Assembly: GCA_029937655.1 (NCBI GenBank)
Contig: JAPYPK010000001.1
Location: forward strand, 1 to 42,287
Length of the DNA: 42,287 nucleotides
Direction: 5' to 3'
Source of the DNA: Nitrospinaceae bacterium
GTDB taxonomy: Bacteria > Nitrospinota > Nitrospinia > Nitrospinales > VA-1
The translations under genes and the position numbers were made by a program. The notes beneath the pieces are model-generated. The model ran no database searches. It was given only the letters and a program-made list of their open reading frames with translations, and was not told the origin of the DNA. This document shows, piece after piece, positions 29,373-39,053 of this stretch (positions within the stretch are counted from its first letter, which is position 1; the number at the start of each line of letters is the position of its first letter).

Positions 29373-31441
29373 AGGAGTATAAAGGAGAATTGTTGTTTCT
29401 TGCTATTGCTATGGGAGCTTATGTTTTTATGGCTACCTTAAACATATCGCAGAATTATTCATATTTTGCGGTGGTGTTCGGTATTTTCGGTTTGATTGTG
29501 GCTTGGAAGATTTATGAAAAAGTTGATGAGCAATCAGATGGTAATGAGAAAATGAGAGAAATTGCAGAATCCATCCATGAAGGTGCGATGGTTTTTCTGT
29601 CACGAGAATATAAAATTCTTGGTTATTTTGTTGCAGGAGTTTTTATTCTTCTTATGATCGTTATTTCATCTCAAAAAGGAATTTGGATAGGTTTGTGGAC
29701 ATCAGTGTCTTATGTTATGGGTGCTGGTTGTTCTATGCTTGCAGGCTTTTTTGGAATGAACGCAGCGACCACCGCAAATGTACGCACCGCTCAAGCAGCT
29801 TCCGATGGAGGAAAGGCTAAGGCGCTTAACATCGCGTTTAATGGTGGGGCAGTTATGGGTTTGAGCGTCGCTAGTTTAGGTTTGATTGGAGTTGGTGGTC
29901 TTTTTCTTTTATTTGGCAAGGGTGAATCGGTAAGTGTTATTAGCGGATTTGCCATGGGAGCAAGCTCGATTGCTCTTTTTGCTCGTGTAGGGGGTGGAAT
30001 CTATACAAAGATAGCGGATGTTGGTTCGGACCTTGTGGGTAAAGTTGAAGCCGGAATTCCTGAGGATGACCCTAGAAACCCCGGAGTTATTGCTGATAAT
30101 GTAGGAGATTGTGTTGGCGATACGGCTGGCCTTGGAGCAGATATTTTTGAGTCTTATTGTGGTTCGATGATCGCTGCTATTGCCATAGGTGCCAGTATGT
30201 CCGCTATGAAATTTGAGTATATGGCTCTTCCGCTCATTGTTGCCATGGTGGGTCTTCTTGCATCGATTATAGGTATTCGGGCAATGGATGCGCTGGAGGA
30301 TCAGGATCCATCGGCAGCATTACGTAATTGCACATTTGTCAGTGCAGGAGCAATGCTATTTGTGGCATTTTTTGTGATCAAGATTATGGGTTTATCGTCT
30401 GGTGTTTTTATCGCTCTAGCAGTTGGTTGTTTTGCTGGTATCGCGATCGGGCTGGTTACCGAATATTATACGGCAGGTTCTCCTGTTGTGAAAATTGCTG
30501 AATCGAGCAGCACTGGCGTGGCTACAGTAATGATTACAGGGCTTGCTGTTGCGATGGAAAGCTGCGCCATACCGGTAATAATAATAACGATTGCGATATA
30601 TTTTGGGACAGTTTTTGCTGGTCTTTATGGTGTTGCCTTGGCAGCAGTCGGAATGTTGGCTACTGTTGGCATTACCATGTCGGTCGATGCATACGGACCA
30701 ATCGCTGATAACGCGGGCGGTATCTCTGAAATGGCCGGTCTAGGTGAAGAGACGAGAAAAATTACCGACGGATTAGATGCAGTTGGAAATACCACTGCAG
30801 CTATTGGTAAGGGGTTTGCTATCGGTTCTGCTGCCCTAACCGCATTGGCACTATTCTCAGCATTTACTCAGGCAGCTAACATTGAGTCCATTGATATTAC
30901 TCAGCATAAGGTCGTTATCGGAGTATTCATAGGAGGTGTTATTCCTTTTTTTGTTGCGTCGCTTACTATGACGTCAGTAGGTAAGGGTGCGATGGATATG
31001 GTGAATGAAATTCGACGGCAGTTCAAAGAGATCCCCGGCCTTATGGAGGGTACTGGAAAACCCGATAGCGCTAAGTGTATTGACATCAGCACTCAGTCAG
31101 CCTTAAGGGAAATGATCCTTCCTGGTGTTATAGCTATTGTTATGCCCATATTGATAGGGCTTGTGCTGGGAGCTGAGGCTTTAGGTGGCATGCTTATGGG
31201 TGCTACTCTAGTAGGGGTGTTACTGGCATTGTTTATGTCTAACGGGGGCGGTGCTTGGGACAATGCCAAAAAATATGTCGAAGCCGGGAATTTAGGTGGT
31301 AAAGGATCTGATGCTTATCATGCAACGGTTGTTGGTGATACAGTGGGTGACCCGCTCAAGGATACTTCCGGACCAGCGATGAATATTCTGATTAAGCTGA
31401 TGTCTATTGTAGCTTTGGTGCTCGCACCGATGTTTATCTGA
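29366..31441 (+). CDS. hppA: Membrane-bound pyrophosphatase (K+-dependent type, ion-pumping)
   Basis: Contains [25 protein letters not shown] and [18 protein letters not shown]. About 16 TM segments, 691 aa. GGAGGAG Shine-Dalgarno lies inside the pth 3' end, and the start overlaps the pth stop (ATGTTAA). Confidence 0.95.
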   Translation: MLKEYKGELLFLAIAMGAYVFMATLNISQNYSYFAVVFGIFGLIVAWKIYEKVDEQSDGNEKMREIAESIHEGAMVFLSREYKILGYFVAGVFILLMIVISSQKGIWIGLWTSVSYVMGAGCSMLAGFFGMNAATTANVRTAQAASDGGKAKALNIAFNGGAVMGLSVASLGLIGVGGLFLLFGKGESVSVISGFAMGASSIALFARVGGGIYTKIADVGSDLVGKVEAGIPEDDPRNPGVIADNVGDCVGDTAGLGADIFESYCGSMIAAIAIGASMSAMKFEYMALPLIVAMVGLLASIIGIRAMDALEDQDPSAALRNCTFVSAGAMLFVAFFVIKIMGLSSGVFIALAVGCFAGIAIGLVTEYYTAGSPVVKIAESSSTGVATVMITGLAVAMESCAIPVIIITIAIYFGTVFAGLYGVALAAVGMLATVGITMSVDAYGPIADNAGGISEMAGLGEETRKITDGLDAVGNTTAAIGKGFAIGSAALTALALFSAFTQAANIESIDITQHKVVIGVFIGGVIPFFVASLTMTSVGKGAMDMVNEIRRQFKEIPGLMEGTGKPDSAKCIDISTQSALREMILPGVIAIVMPILIGLVLGAEALGGMLMGATLVGVLLALFMSNGGGAWDNAKKYVEAGNLGGKGSDAYHATVVGDTVGDPLKDTSGPAMNILIKLMSIVALVLAPMFI

Positions 31442-31460
31442 CTGTTTTAAATTTTAACAG

Positions 31461-31496
31461 GGGTGAGGGGCCTTAGTGTCCCTCACCCTTTTTTTT
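31461..31496 (+). terminator. Rho-independent terminator after hppA
   Basis: Perfect 9-bp GC-rich stem GGGTGAGGG (31461-31469) / CCCTCACCC (31480-31488), 10-nt loop, then T8 (31489-31496). Confidence 0.85.
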
Positions 31497-31499
31497 GCT

Positions 31500-32303
31500 A
31501 TGACCAAACCATTGCTTAGATTTGGAATCCATAATTTCTTGAATGCAAGCCCTCTTCTTTTACCTTTAAAGGAACAGGGTGAGAGTAAGGGATTTCAAGT
31601 AATAACAGATACACCTGCTGCTCTCGCAGACCGGTTGAAGTCGAGTGACTTGGATTTAGCTATGATTCCTTCAGTTGAGTATTTCAAGTCGGCCGATAGT
31701 TACCGACTAGTTCCAGGTGTGTGTATCGCTTCACGAGGTGAAGTTGGAACAGTATTATTTTTAACAAAAAAACCTATTCACGAAATTCGTTCGATTGCTG
31801 CAGATAATCGTTCTCGAACCTCGGTGGCTCTGCTTAAAATATTATTTTCATTTAGATCGGACCTTTCTATTCATCCTTTTCCTCCAGATCTAGAGTCAAT
31901 GTTGGTTGATCACTCAGCTGCACTGATAATAGGAGACTCAGCTTTTAAATTGAGCAATCTAGACTCAAGCGTAACAGTTTATGACCTTAGTGAGGAATGG
32001 TTTCGGCAGACAGGTAAAACCTTTGTTCATGCGGTGGTAGCAGCAAGAAAAAGCATTTGCTTGAGTCAATCACAAAAAGATTTCATCCAGCAGGTCAAGG
32101 CAGAAGGGTGTGGGAGAGTTAAGGAAGTTGTGCAAGGTTACAAAGGGTTGTCAAGTGTTGATAGCGAAGTGCTAGAAGACTATTTAGAAAAAAAAATTAG
32201 ATATGACTTAGATGAAGCAGCAAAAGATGGCCTGGATCATTTCAGCAGCCTATGTTATCAGAATGGAATAATTTTAAAAAAACATTCTATTGAATTTCTT
32301 TAA
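31500..32303 (+). CDS. mqnA: Chorismate dehydratase MqnA (futalosine pathway)
   Basis: LRFGIHNFLNASPLLLPL and the periplasmic-binding-protein-like fold pattern of MqnA/DUF178. I chose ATG 31500 because the track's GTG 31476 lies inside the terminator hairpin. Confidence 0.8.
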   Translation: MTKPLLRFGIHNFLNASPLLLPLKEQGESKGFQVITDTPAALADRLKSSDLDLAMIPSVEYFKSADSYRLVPGVCIASRGEVGTVLFLTKKPIHEIRSIAADNRSRTSVALLKILFSFRSDLSIHPFPPDLESMLVDHSAALIIGDSAFKLSNLDSSVTVYDLSEEWFRQTGKTFVHAVVAARKSICLSQSQKDFIQQVKAEGCGRVKEVVQGYKGLSSVDSEVLEDYLEKKIRYDLDEAAKDGLDHFSSLCYQNGIILKKHSIEFL

Positions 32304-32422
32304 GTATGAATTAAAGAAAGTAATGGAGATTATTTCCCTACGACCGAACCTTTTTTAGTTAGGCGGGGGAGAGTATTTGTGGAATTATTTAAAAGGCACT
32401 AAAAAATATTTTCTGTATTCTT

Positions 32423-33451
32423 TTAGTTATTTTTTCTATATTTCATGACTAATATTTGCAAGCGCGTCCACCCCTTTTCAATCAGCTCAATAAGTTTTTC
32501 CCCGGTGTTTTCAACAAAATCAAGATAGGCTTGCACTTCTTCACTTCTTTTTTCCTGAGATTTTTTTTGCAGATGACTCTGTTGGTTCATTGGTTCATCC
32601 TTAGCGGGCGAAAAGTTTGCTGGTAAAGTTATTATTTTAGATATAGGTTTTTTATTCTCTTGTTGAGTTGTTTCTTTAGGTTTTTTTTCTAGAAAACCAC
32701 CACTAATATGTGATTTTTTGATTCGAAAGCTCTGAGAAGGGGAGGGTTTTTGTTTAAGCTCTGCCTTGAGAGATTGTATCTCATTGCGTAGAAGTTCAAT
32801 GGTTTTTGCATTTTCGTTGGTTGTTTTGTCAAAAAGGTTTGTTCTTTTGGCTTGCTCAACGATTTCTCCGGAAAACTTAGCAAGTATTTCTTTAGACTGC
32901 GTATCAGGAGAGATTGCTTCTTCAATTTTCTCGACAACTTCCTCAGATGGTTTAGTGGATGTTTCTTTAGACTGCAGATCAGGGGAGGTTACTTCTTCAG
33001 TTATTTTGATAACTTCCTCAGGTGATCGAGCGAGTGTCTCTTTGGACTGGATATCAGGAGGGTTTTTTAGTTGAGGTGCTGTTGAAAATAATGTCATTAA
33101 ACTATCAGGCAAGGTTGTGAGAAAACTGCTATCTTTTTTATAGGTATAAAAATAGAAACCAGTGCCTAATGTAACCAATAGAACTAGTAATAAGAGCCAA
33201 CCTTTTACACTAGAATCTTTATTTATCGGATCTTCTTTATCAGGTTTTATTGATTGTTCTGATGCGAGGGTATCTTTTTTTTCTGGGGAAGAATCGACTT
33301 CTTTATCAGGTTCTATTGACTGTTCAGACGTGAGGGTATTTTTTTCATCTGAGGAAGCCTTGATCTCCGTGGAGGAACCTTCGGAACTCGATTGGACATT
33401 TGAATTATCTCGGTCGTCGTTCATAGTTGGCGACAATTTAGTCCCCGCCAA
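32423..33451 (-). CDS. Hypothetical single-pass membrane protein with tandem repeats and a coiled coil
   Basis: 342-aa ORF starting 8 nt downstream of the hisG stop. It has an acidic Ser/Glu/Lys-rich N-region, a TM segment GWLLLLVLLVTLGTGFYFYTY, 25-aa repeats (PD.QSKE...) and a heptad-like stretch (ELLRNEIQSLKAELKQ). Confidence 0.6.
   Translation of the reverse strand: MAGTKLSPTMNDDRDNSNVQSSSEGSSTEIKASSDEKNTLTSEQSIEPDKEVDSSPEKKDTLASEQSIKPDKEDPINKDSSVKGWLLLLVLLVTLGTGFYFYTYKKDSSFLTTLPDSLMTLFSTAPQLKNPPDIQSKETLARSPEEVIKITEEVTSPDLQSKETSTKPSEEVVEKIEEAISPDTQSKEILAKFSGEIVEQAKRTNLFDKTTNENAKTIELLRNEIQSLKAELKQKPSPSQSFRIKKSHISGGFLEKKPKETTQQENKKPISKIITLPANFSPAKDEPMNQQSHLQKKSQEKRSEEVQAYLDFVENTGEKLIELIEKGWTRLQILVMKYRKNN
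32887..33066. repeat. 75-bp tandem repeat, about 2.4 copies (encodes 25-aa PD.QSKE... repeats)
   Basis: Units start at 32887, 32962 and 33037 (TTTCTTTAGACTGC.. / TTTCTTTAGACTGC.. / TCTCTTTGGACTGG..). In-frame within CDS 32423..33451. Confidence 0.8.
33233..33364. repeat. 66-bp tandem repeat, 2 copies (encodes 22-aa ..K.TL.SEQSI.PDKE.. repeats)
   Basis: TTCTTTATCAGGTT.TATTGA.TGTTC.GA.G.GAGGGTAT recurs at 33233 and 33299. In-frame within CDS 32423..33451. Confidence 0.75.
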
Positions 33452-33459
33452 AAGTTCTT

Positions 33460-34338
33460 TTAGTGAATGATTTTGTTGATGGAGTACTCAACGATATCTT
33501 CAACGCCAATTGCTTTTAGATCAGGTGCTATCTCACGCACTAGCTGTTCTTCTAAAATCACAGTGAGGTCCATCCAATTAGAATCAGTCAACTCAGCAAT
33601 TGTGGGTTTTTTCCCTTCCGGAAGAATTTTCATGACCTCATCAAGCTTGTTTTTTGGCACGTTCATCATAAGCCCAACTTGCCCATTTGCGGCCATTGCG
33701 CTTTTAAGCATAAGCACAAGTCTTTCAACTTTTTGTTTTTTCCAGGGATTATCATAAGCCTCTTTATTCATCACAAATTTTGTATTTGATTCCATGAGGG
33801 TTTCGATAATTCGTAAATTATTAGCTCTAAGAGAGCTACCAGTTTCTGTTATTTCGACGATCGCATCCACAAGTTTTGGTGGCTTGACTTCGGTGGCCCC
33901 CCAAGAAAATTCAACGTCTGCTGTCACCCCGTGTTTTTTAAGGTAATCGACAGTCATGTTAACAGCTTCGGTGGCTATACGTTTCCCTTGCAAGTCTTTG
34001 ACTGATTGTATGGATGATTCGTTGGGAACGGCCAGCACCCAACGAACAGGTCGTGATGAAGTTTTGGAATAAACTAGATCGGCAATTTCGACAACATCCG
34101 CGCGATTTTCTTGGATCCAATCTTTACCCGTTAGTCCTGCATCAAGGACACCGTTTTGGACATAACGTGCGATTTCCTGAGCACGAATTAACATGCATTC
34201 GATTTCATTATCATCAATGGATGGGAAATAAGAACGGCTCTTTATTTTTATATTATATCCAGCTTTGGCAAACAGGTTAACTGTGGCCTCTTCAAGACTT
34301 CCTTTTGGAATACCAAGTTTTAAAATATTACTACTCAT
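33460..34338 (-). CDS. hisG: ATP phosphoribosyltransferase, long form
   Basis: Contains [34 protein letters not shown] and ETGSSLRAN, plus the C-terminal regulatory domain. 292 aa. Confidence 0.9.
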   Translation of the reverse strand: MSSNILKLGIPKGSLEEATVNLFAKAGYNIKIKSRSYFPSIDDNEIECMLIRAQEIARYVQNGVLDAGLTGKDWIQENRADVVEIADLVYSKTSSRPVRWVLAVPNESSIQSVKDLQGKRIATEAVNMTVDYLKKHGVTADVEFSWGATEVKPPKLVDAIVEITETGSSLRANNLRIIETLMESNTKFVMNKEAYDNPWKKQKVERLVLMLKSAMAANGQVGLMMNVPKNKLDEVMKILPEGKKPTIAELTDSNWMDLTVILEEQLVREIAPDLKAIGVEDIVEYSINKIIH

Positions 34339-34400
34339 AAGTTTCTTTCTTCAATAAATTAAATCAAAAATGAATCAGTAGATCGGCTTTATCGATATTT

Positions 34401-34775
34401 TTAAGATTTTTTATAAACTGTGTCAGGATCAAATATTTTTTCATCAACGATTTTTACCTCACCATTGATTTTTCGGAAAAAACAACTCACATAGCCTTTG
34501 TGGCAGGCGGCTTTACCAACTTGTTCCACCTTAAGTAAAACGGTATCGTTATCACAATCTATAAAGACTTCTTTTACAATCTGAACGTTACCGCTTTCTT
34601 CACCTTTCATCCACTGTTTATCTCTGGACCGGCTATAAAACCAAGCTTTCCCTGTTTCTAGCGTTTTGTTCCATGCAAATTCATTCATATACGCCAGCAT
34701 TAGAACTTTCCCAGACTCAGCATCCTGTATAATAGCAGGAACAAGTCCATCCATTTTCTCGAAATCTAATTCCAT
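34401..34775 (-). CDS. hisI: Phosphoribosyl-AMP cyclohydrolase (monofunctional)
   Basis: Contains [15 protein letters not shown] and [27 protein letters not shown]. 124 aa, with no HisE domain. Confidence 0.9.
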   Translation of the reverse strand: MELDFEKMDGLVPAIIQDAESGKVLMLAYMNEFAWNKTLETGKAWFYSRSRDKQWMKGEESGNVQIVKEVFIDCDNDTVLLKVEQVGKAACHKGYVSCFFRKINGEVKIVDEKIFDPDTVYKKS

Positions 34776-34962
34776 TGTAAAATCCTTATAGTAAAACCAA
34801 GAAATCTAAAATATTATTGATTTTCTGTCAACCTTATAATAGCCTACTTGGAAAAAACACGACACCCTCTATCCTTAAACAGCAATATTTTTCGTTATTT
34901 GGGTCATTTGTAACGTTTAATGGTGGTGGAGGCATTATAATTTACTGAAAAAAGGACTTATT

Positions 34963-35583
34963 ATGCCATCTATTTCTCACTTTCAGATATATAAACCGGC
35001 TGAACCTTGCGGTTTGACTGGAGAAAATTTAAAACAAACAATGGAAAAAGTTATTTTGGAGCGTCTATCCTCGAATGGGAGGGAGTTTGATCTCAAAGGG
35101 TACTGCGTTGGAAGTAATGGAATGACTGTTTTTTCAAAGGACGAGCGCCTATCCAGTTTAAAGCGATTGAATCTTGGGGGGAATCGAATTGGCGATGAAG
35201 GAGCAAAACTTCTGGCCGAATCACCTATTTTTTCTAAATTACAATGGCTCGAGTTGGGTGGGAATGATTTAGGTCCAGAGGGTATCCGAGCAATTTGCCG
35301 GTCCATTATTTTGAAGAAATTAAAAACACTAAATGTTTATAGAAATTTAATTAAAAATGAAGGAGTTAGGTTTTTTGCAAAAGAAAATTGTTTAAGCCAA
35401 TTGGAGGAGTTAGATTTGGCTCAAAATGAAATCGGAGATGAAGGTGTAATGGCACTCGCTGTATCCAAATTGTTTCCAAATTTAGTGGCGCTTTATATGG
35501 ACAATAACTTTGCGTCGGCGGAGGCTAAAGAAGATGCTAGGGCTTGTCCCAACTTTCATAAACTCGAGTCATTAAATTTATAA
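34963..35583 (+). CDS. Leucine-rich-repeat protein, ribonuclease-inhibitor (RNI) type
   Basis: About five 27-28-aa repeats: LKRLNLGGNRIGDEGAKLLAES..., LQWLELGGNDLGPEGIRAI..., LEELDLAQNEIGDEGVMALA... No signal peptide. Confidence 0.7.
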   Translation: MPSISHFQIYKPAEPCGLTGENLKQTMEKVILERLSSNGREFDLKGYCVGSNGMTVFSKDERLSSLKRLNLGGNRIGDEGAKLLAESPIFSKLQWLELGGNDLGPEGIRAICRSIILKKLKTLNVYRNLIKNEGVRFFAKENCLSQLEELDLAQNEIGDEGVMALAVSKLFPNLVALYMDNNFASAEAKEDARACPNFHKLESLNL

Positions 35584-35608
35584 TCTTAATTCCGGTATTT
35601 TGTAAGTT

Positions 35609-36193
35609 ATGGAGTTCCCTGAAGATTTTAAAAATAAACAATATGGAAAAGGTTCATTGCTTATTGCTAACCCGGTTTTACCTGATCCAAATTTTTCACG
35701 AACCGTGATTTTGTTATGCAATCATGACGAGCAGGGCTCTTTCGGGTTAGTCATAAATCGTTCGGCTCAATTGAAAGCACCTGACCTGTTTTCTAGTATT
35801 GAGATTCTTAAATCTTATAATGAAAAGATCTACATAGGTGGCCCTGTTTCTCAAGCGATGGTTTTTTATCTTTATCGGTCAACCAAACGTATTGATGGTT
35901 TAGATGAAGTCTGTTCTGGGGTTTATTTTGGGAGCAGTTTAGAAACACTTGAATCTCTTTACCTTGATATTGCAAACCCAAATGAGAATATTCGTTTTTA
36001 TCTGGGATATTCTGGATGGTCAAGTAGTCAATTAGGCGGAGAGATGGAACAGAATAGTTGGTTAATTCAAAGTGCCGATGAACGGTTTATTTTTCTTGAA
36101 TCGGAAGATCTAATATGGCCTCAAGCGGTCAACTCCTTGGGAGAAAAATATCAATACCTAACCAAGGCCCCGGTGAACCCCCAGTGGAACTGA
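35609..36193 (+). CDS. YqgE/AlgH family protein (UPF0301)
   Basis: GSLLIANPVLPDPNFSRTVILLCNHDEQGSFGLVINR is the family signature. 194 aa. Confidence 0.85.
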   Translation: MEFPEDFKNKQYGKGSLLIANPVLPDPNFSRTVILLCNHDEQGSFGLVINRSAQLKAPDLFSSIEILKSYNEKIYIGGPVSQAMVFYLYRSTKRIDGLDEVCSGVYFGSSLETLESLYLDIANPNENIRFYLGYSGWSSSQLGGEMEQNSWLIQSADERFIFLESEDLIWPQAVNSLGEKYQYLTKAPVNPQWN

Positions 36194-36257
36194 TGACGCA
36201 AGACATACCCATCTCCTCTAAATAAATTTTTATCATTAGTCGGATTTTTATTTTGTC

Positions 36258-37163
36258 ATGAATCGATTACATACGCTTCCTCCAACTGAGCAGATTTACC
36301 GTTCTCATGTTCCGCCTCAATACGATAGTTTTTCCATCGAGAAATATTTTGCAGCGAGATTTTCTTATCAAGATGAGGAAGAATGGTCACGTCAGATTCG
36401 TGCGGGTAAAATTATTGTCAATGGTAAGGTGGCATTAATTGGTCAGAAATTACGTGCAAGCGACCTTACCATTACAAACGGGGGTTTCCGAATAGAGCCG
36501 GCGGCAGATAGAACATTAAATGTTATCTACGAGGACAAAGATATCCGTGCATTTAACAAAAGTGCTCCTATTCCGGTGCACCCCTGTGGTCGATATTTTA
36601 AGAATTCAATGACGGAGGTTTTAAAGGATGTGTACCCCGATGAAGTGCCCCGCCCAATTCAGAGGCTTGATGTTATGACAACGGGAGTAATCGTGTTTGC
36701 TCGGACACAAAAAGCAGCAGCTTTTCTCATGCAAGAATTTAAACAGAATAGAGTTGAGAAAGAATATTTTGCACTTGTAGAAGGTGTTCCACGATCAAAG
36801 AAATTTACGATAGACAAACCAATCGGAAAACTTGCAGCGTCGAAACGGGTTGTAGGGGAAGGTATACCTGGATCGCAACCGGCGCGTACAGATGTTGAAT
36901 GGCTAACATCAATTAATAATATTTCTTTACTAAGAGTGACCCCACGTTCGGGCCGCACAAACCAGATAAGAGTTCATTTGGCCAGTGAGGGGCTCCCTAT
37001 TTATAATGATTCTGTTTATGGTCATGGAAAAGTTTCTGATCAAGAGTTTAATCTGCATCATCGTCGTATGCAGTTTCAATGTTTTGATACAAAATTTAAA
37101 CTGTCAGCAGTTTATCCTCCTCATTTCCAACCTTATATTAATAAGGTTGGAGAGAACAAATGA
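36258..37163 (+). CDS. RluA-family pseudouridine synthase
   Basis: Contains an S4-like region (IRAGKIIVNGK), VHPCGRY and the catalytic RLDVMTTGVIVFAR. Its stop overlaps the dus start (ATGA). Confidence 0.85.
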   Translation: MNRLHTLPPTEQIYRSHVPPQYDSFSIEKYFAARFSYQDEEEWSRQIRAGKIIVNGKVALIGQKLRASDLTITNGGFRIEPAADRTLNVIYEDKDIRAFNKSAPIPVHPCGRYFKNSMTEVLKDVYPDEVPRPIQRLDVMTTGVIVFARTQKAAAFLMQEFKQNRVEKEYFALVEGVPRSKKFTIDKPIGKLAASKRVVGEGIPGSQPARTDVEWLTSINNISLLRVTPRSGRTNQIRVHLASEGLPIYNDSVYGHGKVSDQEFNLHHRRMQFQCFDTKFKLSAVYPPHFQPYINKVGENK

Positions 37164-38224
37164 ACCGTCCAAACTCATATATAAGTAATAATCAAGATAT
37201 TCTTGCCGCGGAATCCTTACGTGGTAAATTGATTGATGGTGCGCGCAACCCTTTTTGGTTGGCGCCCATGGCCGGAATTACTGATATTTGTTTTCGTCAG
37301 TTAATGGATGAGATGGGAGCAGGAGTTTTGGTTTCTGAATTAGTTTCTGCTAAAGGTCTCCTTTATAACTCAGGAAAAACTCATAAGATGATAGAGGTTC
37401 ATCCAAAGTCTAAATCTTTGGTGGGGGTTCAGCTCTTTGGTGAATCGGAAGAAGATATAATAAATGCAGCTCATTATGTTAAGGAGGCTGGAGCTTCATT
37501 CGTTGATATTAACCTAGGGTGCCCAGTTAAGAAGGTGGTAAAGAAAGGTTGTGGCGCAGCACTGATGCGTGATCCGGCTTACCTAGAAACGTTCTTAACA
37601 AAAATAAAACGCGGAATAGAGCTTCCTCTTACTGTTAAAATGCGGACAGGGTGGAGCCACGATGAACTGACTATTCATGAATGCGTGAGGGCAGCAAAGA
37701 ACTCTGGGTGTGAATGGGTTGCAATACATGGGAGAACACGTGCGCAAGGTTATGAAGGTAAGGCTGATTGGGATTTGATAGCTGAAGTCAAACAAAGGGC
37801 AAAAATTGCCATTGTGGGTAATGGTGATATTCGGACTATGGATCAAGCTCAAAAATTATTGAGTGATTCAGGAGTCGATGCGGTAATGATAGGCCGCGGA
37901 GCGTTGAGAAATCCATGGATATTTAAAGAGTGTATAGGTTTAGATAAAAATGACTTTGAATCATCTTGTGCAGTTCTAGATCGCTATCTTGAGTTATTGA
38001 GAGCTAAATATGATTTGCGCAATAGACTCATATATCTGCGTAAGTTTGCATCATGGCTTGTTTATGGCTATCCAGGGGCTGCTTCATTTCGAAATTCTAT
38101 GTATCATTTTCTGACAACTGATGAGCTGATCCAGAGCGCTAGAATTTTTTTTGAGAGAGTAGCCCACTTACCGAAACCTAAATTTAAATCCTCCGAAAGC
38201 TTTATGGCGAGTGGTCATGGATGA
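37160..38224 (+). CDS. dusB: tRNA-dihydrouridine synthase
   Basis: Contains LAPMAGITD, VDINLGCP, AIHGRTRAQ and MIGRGALRNPW. 354 aa. The subfamily (DusB-like) is inferred. Confidence 0.85.
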   Translation: MNRPNSYISNNQDILAAESLRGKLIDGARNPFWLAPMAGITDICFRQLMDEMGAGVLVSELVSAKGLLYNSGKTHKMIEVHPKSKSLVGVQLFGESEEDIINAAHYVKEAGASFVDINLGCPVKKVVKKGCGAALMRDPAYLETFLTKIKRGIELPLTVKMRTGWSHDELTIHECVRAAKNSGCEWVAIHGRTRAQGYEGKADWDLIAEVKQRAKIAIVGNGDIRTMDQAQKLLSDSGVDAVMIGRGALRNPWIFKECIGLDKNDFESSCAVLDRYLELLRAKYDLRNRLIYLRKFASWLVYGYPGAASFRNSMYHFLTTDELIQSARIFFERVAHLPKPKFKSSESFMASGHG

Positions 38225-38260
38225 TTTAGTATCATTTACATTAATTAACTTTCTAATAAA

Positions 38261-39043
38261 ATGATAAATCAGTCTACACCGTTAGGGTCTAAGCGTCTAA
38301 AAGATACAGAGTTCACGTTATATGGTTGGAATACCTGTATGCAGTTTTTTAAGAATCGCCCAGATGATCTTTGCCGTTTATTTTTTTCTAAACAACGCTC
38401 TTCTGCGTTAGGATCTGTGAAAAAGTGGTGTGCCGTTAAAAAGCTGCCATACCGAGAGTTAGACTTAGAGTCTTTGAATAAAGTAGCATCTGCTACCCAT
38501 CATGAAGGTGTCGTTATGGTGGTCCGTCCCATTCTTCCATCTTCTATATACCCTTTTATCAAGGCTGGGTTGGGAAAGAAGGGTATTGCTGTAGCGCTAG
38601 ATTGTATAGGGAATACACATAATTTAGGCGCAATTTTAAGGACCTGTGCGTTTTTTGGTGTAGAAGGAATGGTAATTTCGAACCAAGAAGGTCAGGCAAG
38701 ACTGACTTCATCTGCAGCAAGAACCGCAGAAGGTGCGATGGAAATAACTCCTATATATCAATGTACGGACCTCGCTTCTGCTTTGCGAGATTTTATGTCG
38801 AGAAATGTTTATGTTATAGGAACAGACCTAAATGCCAAACAGTCGTTTTATGACATTGAAATACGTTTCCCCTGCGTAGTTGTATTTGGGAATGAACAGA
38901 ACGGACTTTCTTCAAGTGTGAAAAAACGATGTGATCAAGTGGTACGAATACCTGGTACAGAAAAAATTCAATCACTTAACGTTGCTGTTGCCACGGGAGT
39001 AATTCTTTCGGAGTTGACCCGTCGTCGCGGTTCAAAAACATAA
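38261..39043 (+). CDS. TrmH/SpoU-family RNA 2'-O-methyltransferase (RlmB-like)
   Basis: Contains a SpoU substrate-binding N-domain, GNTHNLGAILRT, VVFGNEQNGLS and SLNVAVATGV. Confidence 0.85.
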   Translation: MINQSTPLGSKRLKDTEFTLYGWNTCMQFFKNRPDDLCRLFFSKQRSSALGSVKKWCAVKKLPYRELDLESLNKVASATHHEGVVMVVRPILPSSIYPFIKAGLGKKGIAVALDCIGNTHNLGAILRTCAFFGVEGMVISNQEGQARLTSSAARTAEGAMEITPIYQCTDLASALRDFMSRNVYVIGTDLNAKQSFYDIEIRFPCVVVFGNEQNGLSSSVKKRCDQVVRIPGTEKIQSLNVAVATGVILSELTRRRGSKT

Positions 39044-39053
39044 AACATAATAA

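Noticed and set aside
31476-31499. GTG start for mqnA, as given in the ORF track.
   Set aside because: The GTG and the next codons lie inside the loop and 3' arm of the strong hppA terminator hairpin and its T-tract. The in-frame ATG at 31500, just after the T-run, gives a normal MqnA N-terminus.
32766-33470. Two plus-strand 102-aa ORFs (32766-33074 and 33162-33470) lying over the tandem repeats.
   Set aside because: They are antisense images of the repeat protein. Their openness follows from the repeated, stop-poor sequence. The minus-strand frame is continuous for 342 aa and has a plausible TM segment and coiled coil.
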